From: Octopus bimaculoides
Taxonomy: Eukaryota
Direction of reading: 5' to 3'
NCBI RefSeq assembly: GCF_001194135.2
Contig: NC_068982.1
Span: forward strand, 131,803,418-131,844,238
DNA: 40,821 bases
Both the position numbers and the translations under genes were made by a program. Below, one piece after another: positions 34,484 through 40,821 of this stretch (position 1 is its first letter; every line of letters begins with the position of its first letter). Below the pieces are notes generated by a model that searched no databases, was not told the DNA's origin, and worked only from the letters and a program-made list of their open reading frames with translations.

Positions 34484-35223
34484 CTACACTTTTCATTTGC
34501 TTCATATAAACTTAGCTTTGAAATTGTTTCTGTTACATTTCTGGTGATTGATGACTATTCGTCTATTTGTAAAAGTTTAAGGTTTTCAACATTTTTAAAA
34601 CATTAGCTTCCGCTCAGTTCATTATCACTGTTCAAAAGTTTATCTCTTTCCCCAAGTGATTCCATCTTTCCACCGTACAATTCTCTATTTGTTCCTCATC
34701 TCCGCTTTGTTTTATATCGCCTTCGTCGTTCGTCTGCTCCGTATCGAATGTCACTCTTAGTCTTAGCTCTTCGAGTATGATCTTTAAAAGAACTTTTGCA
34801 AAAGCCTAACAAGGTTATTTTTGAGTACCACCGCAGGAAGGAATCCTCCTTCTCAAAATTTAGGATTTGTGGTTCAAATAGACCTTAAATTCGAAATTAA
34901 GTCTTTTTTTATATGTGGTTATGGGTATAAGGCAACAAGTATAATTGAACAGTTGTCTAATTTGAAGTCCTCTCAGTATGATCAACTGGTGAACTGTTGC
35001 TAATGTTTTATTTCTTGTGCACAAGAATAACCAGATAACTGTATATACTTATAGAAAGAAGCGGTAACCCCAAAAGCTAATGAAATGAACTTTGCTGGGT
35101 TTCTTTTTAAATCTACAACACTTCTTATATGTTTCTTATAAAAGCCAGCTTCTCTTGTGGTGTTTGATTCAATAATTCTGTCTTACTAAATCAACAGCTC
35201 AAGTCAAAGACATTTTAAATATT

Positions 35224-35443
35224 TAAATATTCTTTTCTGCTCTAGGGACATGGCTCGAAATCTTGGGGGATGGGGCCAGTCGATTAGATCGACGCCTGTA
35301 CGCAACTGGTACTTAATTTATCGAACTCGAAAGGCTGAAAGGCAAAGTCGACCTCGGCGGAATTTGAACTCAGAACATAAAGACATGAAATACCGCTAAG
35401 CATTTCGCCCGGCGTGCTAACGTTTCAGCCAGCTTGCCGCCTT
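35224..35443 (-). mobile_element. SINE family 3 with a 17-bp target-site duplication
   Basis: TSD AAGACATTTTAAATATT at 35207-35223 and 35444-35460. CpG-rich body (GTCGACCTCGGCGGAATTTGAACTCAGAAC). Confidence 0.92.
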
Positions 35444-35693
35444 AAGACATTTTAAATATTAAAAAGTTTTCGATGTGTTTGGGTTTGCTAAAAGAGCTTT
35501 CTGCTGTTGATATTGTTGTAGCTGTAATTGTCAATAATATTCTCAAATTAACCAAAAACAATATGAAAATGTCTCAAAGTTAAATACATTCGAAAGTTTG
35601 CAGTTCTATTTTCTAAAATTTGCTTAAAGAACATTTCTACTGAAAATTCCCATCGTAAAATCAGTAGGATATTGATGTTCTCTCTCTCTCTCT

Positions 35694-35902
35694 NNNNNNN
35701 NNNNNNNNNNNNNNNNNNNNNNNNNNNNNNNNNNNNNNNNNNNNNNNNNNNNNNNNNNNNNNNNNNNNNNNNNNNNNNNNNNNNNNNNNNNNNNNNNNNN
35801 NNNNNNNNNNNNNNNNNNNNNNNNNNNNNNNNNNNNNNNNNNNNNNNNNNNNNNNNNNNNNNNNNNNNNNNNNNNNNNNNNNNNNNNNNNNNNNNNNNNN
35901 NN
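35694..35902. other. Assembly gap (209 N) between (TC)n and the Tx1-like element
   Basis: Run of N. Confidence 0.99.
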
Positions 35903-36915
35903 GTCAAGAACCGCTAAAGGGTGGGTTAGGGATGCCGTGGCTAATGATGTGCAGGTATGCACTGAGGCTAAGGGATCTCTGACTCTATCTGGATGGTGGT
36001 CAGGTGTGGAATTCGCTTGCGGAGGAACTCTTTCCACGACCGGCCTCCTTGGAGGAATTTACACCCGATTTGATTAAAAGACCACGCTAATCCACAGGGC
36101 GGGCAAGGCTGGCAGCGGGAATACCACCTCGGTATTTTATAAAGGGATGCTAGAGTTTAACAGCGATGATGTCATAGGAGCGGCTCTGGGGCTCGATGAG
36201 AACCAGCTAGCCAACCTGTTTCAAAGAAACCAGGGTATTTGGATAATTACCAAAAATTCCTGACCTGGCAGTGCTACATGAACGCGTTACCTGTTCGCGA
36301 AAAATTGTCCAGACATGGGATATCAGTGCCCAAGGTGTGCGCAGGACGATAAAACTGTCCTGCACGCTCTTGTTCAGTGCCCGGAGCTTTCGGGCTTGAT
36401 AATTTACGTGGAACACGTGTTGTCGCATCTGGGAAGAGTACAGCTATCAGCAGCGTCTGTGATAAAGATTGTACCGCCATCCGGACTATCAAAGGAAGGT
36501 GAGGCAGGTTTTTTGTGTACGGTCGCAGTGTTGAAAGAGTGTGTGTGGAGAACCAGAATGGAAGTATTCGTGACAGGATTTTTCATCTCCGGCCCTGGTC
36601 TACTGTATTACTTCAGATATCGTCTGAAGAGCAAGATAGGGCTGGAGAGGGGACACCTGTCACGAAGTATATACGAGAAAAGATGGAAGGATGTTGCGAG
36701 GAAGTTGGGCGTGATTGTTCCTACTTAATCTCATCCATGGTAAAAGCAAGGTGTAGTCGCTGGACTTCACGGCCATAAGTCTGTGGGGAAATGTTTAAAA
36801 ATTACATATACATCATTGAAATTTTAAAGTTATCATATGAACTGGCATAGCATTATTTGTTTGTAACGTCTTGTGTCCTTTTCTGTACATCGATAATTAT
36901 TATCATAATAAAGAA
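35903..36915 (+). mobile_element. L1/Tx1-clade non-LTR retrotransposon, 3' end of ORF2 plus 3'UTR (decayed)
   Basis: Post-RT motif PLKGGLGMP, then WQCYMNALPVREKL and CPRC..DKTVLHALVQC (zf-RVT-type CCHC knuckle) through KRW (ORF 36315-36728). Premature TGA at 35980 and frameshifts. AATAAA at 36907. The 5' part runs into an N gap. Confidence 0.88.
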
Positions 36916-36949
36916 TCTCTCTCTCTCTCTCTCTCTCTCCCTCTCTCTT
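36916..36949. repeat. (TC)n microsatellite
   Basis: Directly abuts the 3' end of the Tx1-like element. Confidence 0.9.
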
Positions 36950-37560
36950 CAGGTAACGATTTGCTTAACAGCATTAAAACGTATGATTTATTCTGCAATA
37001 ACAACCAATCAAGACACAAAACTCATTTTTCTGATCGTTTTTGGCCAATCATTTGTGTTAGCCATTTCCACTAGATTAGCATGAATTGTCGTGATGTCAT
37101 ACACTTTCCTTTATTTTCGACTCCTTCAATGCAATAAAGAACGCTGTAATTGTTACAGCTAGAGCTTTTTTTTCTTTGTTTTTGATCTAATTAAAATACA
37201 GAATTCACTTGAACAGTAATAAATGCAACAAATCCCACTTGGACGTTTATCACATTTTTCCTTCCAGTTAGGCCGCTAATTAAAACTGGTAGCATCATAT
37301 CAATTTCTTAGATATTAAAGATGGAGGCGATACCATAACCGAATGGCAACCTTTATGACGTGGATATATCAAAGGAGCAACGTAAAACTGCAGTATTCAC
37401 TCAAAGAGTGAAACACAGAGGCACCAGTGACAGAACTGTTGTATCACGTGATTTCAGCGTTTCTTGCAGCAGAGATATCTGTTCACACTGCATGCTGGCC
37501 CCCTCTTCCACCAACCAGCGACTTTTCAGCCACTGGTGTCGCTAACAACCGGAACGCCGT

Positions 37561-37769
37561 TTAAAAGTTAGATATTAGTGATTCCATTACCGGTACTCGA
37601 CTGTTACCGATACCGCTGTGTTTTTATACGCTAGACACCTACACGAGAGACTCTCTGTGAGTGAATAGCGCAATTTTACGGCACTTCTCTGATATACCCA
37701 CGTTAAGTAGGGTATAAAAATTTCCATTTGGTGATAATACAGCCTCTGTCGCTAATATCTAATTTTTAA
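37561..37769. mobile_element. Possible small MITE or fold-back element
   Basis: 21-bp inverted repeats TTAAAAGTTAGATATTAGTGA and TCGCTAATATCTAATTTTTAA (2 mismatches), 209 bp span. No independent TSD unless the terminal TTAA is one. Confidence 0.45.
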
Positions 37770-38329
37770 CCAGTCTGCTAGCTGTCAGCAATATCAGTAA
37801 CTGAATAGTCGCTGGTTCTCTATATATCAATAGAAGGCGGATTTGGCTAGCATGTTATCGGATTTTGCAGTTGTTGAAGAAGCGGAAGATATGCTTAAAT
37901 AGAGTGATACGACAGATTTGTAATGATGCTTGACGATTCTTGTCTGCTACCGACGCCTGTGTGTTTTTACTCACAAGTCAACGATACGTGAAATTTTCTC
38001 AGAGTGAATATTGCAGTATTACGGTGCTCCTATAATATATGCACATTAAACAGGAGATAGAGGTTGCCATTTTCTTTGTATTAAAAACTCACGAATTTTT
38101 TTAAATAAAGCTCTTTTGCTTGAATTTAATAAAACAATAATAAATTCCTGTAAAATAAAAAATGTCCCGAGCAAAGAAAAAATTCTTAAATTCAAATAAA
38201 AAAAGGTCAACAGAAAGAAATTATTGGGTTTCATGTTTATAATATTTTCATAAATAGAATAATGTAATCCATCTTACAACAGTGAAAGGTTAGTTTAGGT
38301 TATAGTGAAATTATATTGCAAACATTTTT

Positions 38330-38712
38330 ACGTTCTGTGTTTTAATTCTGCCGAGGTCGACTTCGCGTTTCCTCCTTTTGGAGTCGATAAATTAAATACC
38401 ACTTAAGCACTGGGGTCGATATAATCGACTTACCCCCTCCCCCGAAAATGATAGGCTTGTGTCAAACTTTGAAACCAATATTAGTAGCGCAGCTTAAGGC
38501 GGCGGTCTGGTAGAATCGTTAGCATGTCAAGTAAAATACCTAGCAGCATTACGTCCATCTTTACGTTCTGAGTTCAAATTCTGCTGCGGTCGATTTTGCT
38601 TTTCATCCTTTAGGAGTCGTACCAGTTGATCTCTGGGGCCGATGTAATCAACTGGCCTAATCTCACCGAAAATACTGGCCTTGTGCTAAAATTTGAGACC
38701 AATATTAGTAGT
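38330..38712 (+). mobile_element. Two tandem SINE family 3 copies (partial ~38330-38490; full ~38496-38712)
   Basis: Both carry the GGTCGA(C/T)TT...TT(T/C)C(A/C)TCCTTT block and end in TTTGA(A/G)ACCAATATTAGTAG. Confidence 0.8.
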
Positions 38713-38859
38713 GGCGCTAACAACTTACAACTGCAATAAATGCACGGGCATAAAAACATCTCTAAAACCATATTTTTTTTTTAAATATAAAGTAATTTCG
38801 TGTATGTATCTAGTAAATTCTACACTGTAGTTAGATAAATAAAGAAAAAAGAACGTAGG

Positions 38860-39360
38860 AAACAGGTGGTGAGACTCCGGGCATCAGCAGGCCAACCGAG
38901 TAATTTATTCCTGAGGAATTTCTGTGCTAGTGCTTATGGATAATTCCAAAGCTCCAGTTTGGGATAAGCTTTACATAAAGTTCTGATTTGAGATGATGCG
39001 TCAAAAGCTACGAAACTATTCTTTTCGTACTCGGTCAGTGTCCGTGCTTTACTCACCTGTCGAACTACACCGAACGGCTGATATCATATGCAAAACTAAT
39101 CTAACTGTTGCCCTTGAAAAGATTGACTACTGCTCTCTTTGGCAAAGAGGGGTTGGCAGTTTTCGTCTGCATGGTGACCGTGTTTAAAAAGTGTGAGAAC
39201 AGTTCTCTAACTCTCTGACCAGTCCCTCAGCAACTTCCTCAAGTATCACTTGAGACAGAAGATGTCAGGAGGGGAGCAAATTTAACGAAACGTTGGTTTA
39301 TTCAGTGAAAATGGGGAATCTGAGAAGGTGGTTTCATAAATTTTATCTGTACCTTGTTGT
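38860..39360 (+). mobile_element. Degenerate L1/Tx1-like ORF2 3' fragment
   Basis: Manual translation gives PVWDKLY, ETILFVLGQCP (from 39012), GKEGLAVFVCMVTVFKKC, NFLKYHLRQK and KRW, colinear with the 36315-36728 ORF but with stops and frameshifts. Boundaries approximate. Confidence 0.7.
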
Positions 39361-39499
39361 TGCGAGAGGAAAAGAACATGGTGCAAAAAAATTATCAGAA
39401 TTGTGGATGTTCTGATTCTTCCCCAGGGGTAATTTTCCACTCCTTTGTGGGAAGGTGCTTTTTATTTAAATTTTCGTGTTGTATTACTTTTTTGCACCT

Positions 39500-40245
39500 C
39501 AATGCATAACACTTAGAAATCCTTAATATGACAGTGCAACAAAGGGTCACTACTCGTTCGAAACAAACATCACAGACACAGAATTTCCATCTAGTGAAAC
39601 TGTCCAAGGTGCACACACAGAGACGAAACCATTCTATTCCAGCTCGTGCAGCATCCGAGCATTGCTGACATGTGAAATTATGTCAAACAACCACTGTCAC
39701 ATGAAGGGTGGATCCAGCTAGGAATCATTACTCTCCTTTAACTGTACTGGGCAGGCAGTTATCCTCTGTCTAGTAGCTCTGGTGAAAGTAGTTATGAGTG
39801 GATGAGATGGAATGGGTCAAGGACTGACACTTTACCCTTCAGTCAAGTCATCATTGACATTTGCAGGTTTCAACAGAAAAGTAGGTAAAGGATGAGGGGA
39901 AGTGCTTGCTCTCAATGAACTTTTCAAAAGATGAGTGACGGTAGCAAAATTAACAAGAGTGGATGGATTTACTCCAGGATTGGAAAACAAGGTGGAAAAG
40001 AATACGTACCTCTGGTGATCAGAGTGATTCTGGATCTGTGAGGTTTCGTGATTGGCTTTTGTTGGGGACCCTCCTGTATCAGAAGGACTATATCGTCCAT
40101 GTATTGATATATTTTTCTCCTCTCAGTTCTCCCTTTTTCTTTTTACTCTCCCCACCCGATTTCTTTTTACTCTCCCCAACCCAAATTGTAACCTGACTTT
40201 GCAATGTCCTCTACTTCTAACATCTTTGAAGCAAATAAAAAAAAA
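39500..40245 (+). mobile_element. Degenerate L1/Tx1-like ORF2 3' end with 3'UTR and poly(A)
   Basis: Translates *QCNKGSLLVRNK, CPRCTHRDETILFQLVQHP (from 39601), GQAVILCLVALVK and FKR*VTVAK, colinear with the 36315 ORF. Ends GCAAATAAAAAAAAA at ~40245. Confidence 0.78.
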
Positions 40246-40544
40246 TTGTCATCGTCGTCGTCCATCGTTGTTATTATTATTATTTTGTTCATTTCGCTTC
40301 AAACCCATACGTAGTTATAGCATTACAAAATAAAATTTTCATCCGAGTACTTGATAAAAAGAATTATAATCGCTTGAGGGATGTCTGTCAGCGATTCCTG
40401 GGAGAGAAACAGAACAAAGAAGGTTTGTTTTGGCAGATATTATCTTATTTTATTTCTTGTACAACAATTTCACTTCCAAAACGGTCACCAAACATAAATA
40501 CAGTACATGACAAAACATTCCAACTAATTTTGTATTGGTTGGAA

Positions 40545-40662
40545 GCAAATGAGGGTTGATGTTGGGAAGAGCATCCAGTTGTAGAAAATTTGTCTGAATG
40601 ACTTCCGTCTGATCCATGCAAATATGGAAATGTAGATGTTAAAACGATAACAACGATGATGT
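40545..40662 (+). mobile_element. Retroposon family 2, old 3' fragment
   Basis: GGGTTGATGTTGGGAAGAGCATCCAGTTGTAGAAAA...GATGTTAAAACGATAACAACGATGATG. Confidence 0.6.
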
Positions 40663-40767
40663 GACTATTCTCCCTTAATACATGAAACAAGAAATTGCTT
40701 CATGAATCGAATCTTCCTAAGTAAACATAAGCCTAAAGGTCTTCCAGCCAGCTATAAGCATCTTGTC

Positions 40768-40768
<1 letters not shown>

Positions 40769-40821
<53 letters not shown>
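40769..40821. repeat. (TG)n microsatellite running to the window end
   Basis: Direct reading. Confidence 0.95.

Noticed and set aside
39256-39295. CAGAAGA...GAAACGTTG resembling a second hammerhead core
   Set aside because: No stem I or stem II pairing. GAAACGTTGG encodes the KRW motif of the decayed Tx1-like ORF2.

Overview
AT-rich, repeat-dense animal genomic DNA with three N gaps. The SINE repertoire and microsatellites suggest a coleoid cephalopod, probably Octopus (inference). The only host gene I can support is the 5' part of a mitochondrial dicarboxylate carrier (SLC25A10-like) on the minus strand: coding exons at 32119-32021, 11178-11059 and 4158-3998 splice in frame into 126 codons with two mitochondrial-carrier signature motifs, and the remaining exons lie left of the window. 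Introns 1 (20.8 kb) and 2 (6.9 kb) and the upstream region hold at least five SINE families, two Tc1/mariner-type MITEs, a nested pair of tRNA-Trp-primed LTR relics with a 4-bp TSD, four L1/Tx1-like 3' ends and an R4/Dong-like 3' end. The top finding is at 7433-7483 (+): a minimal type I hammerhead ribozyme fold whose conserved C3:G8 core pair is swapped to G3:C8. Its 5' half is embedded in a perfect 64-bp palindrome, in what looks like a Penelope-type terminal-repeat relic. Almost all ORFs in the supplied track are artefacts of microsatellites, SINEs or N gaps.
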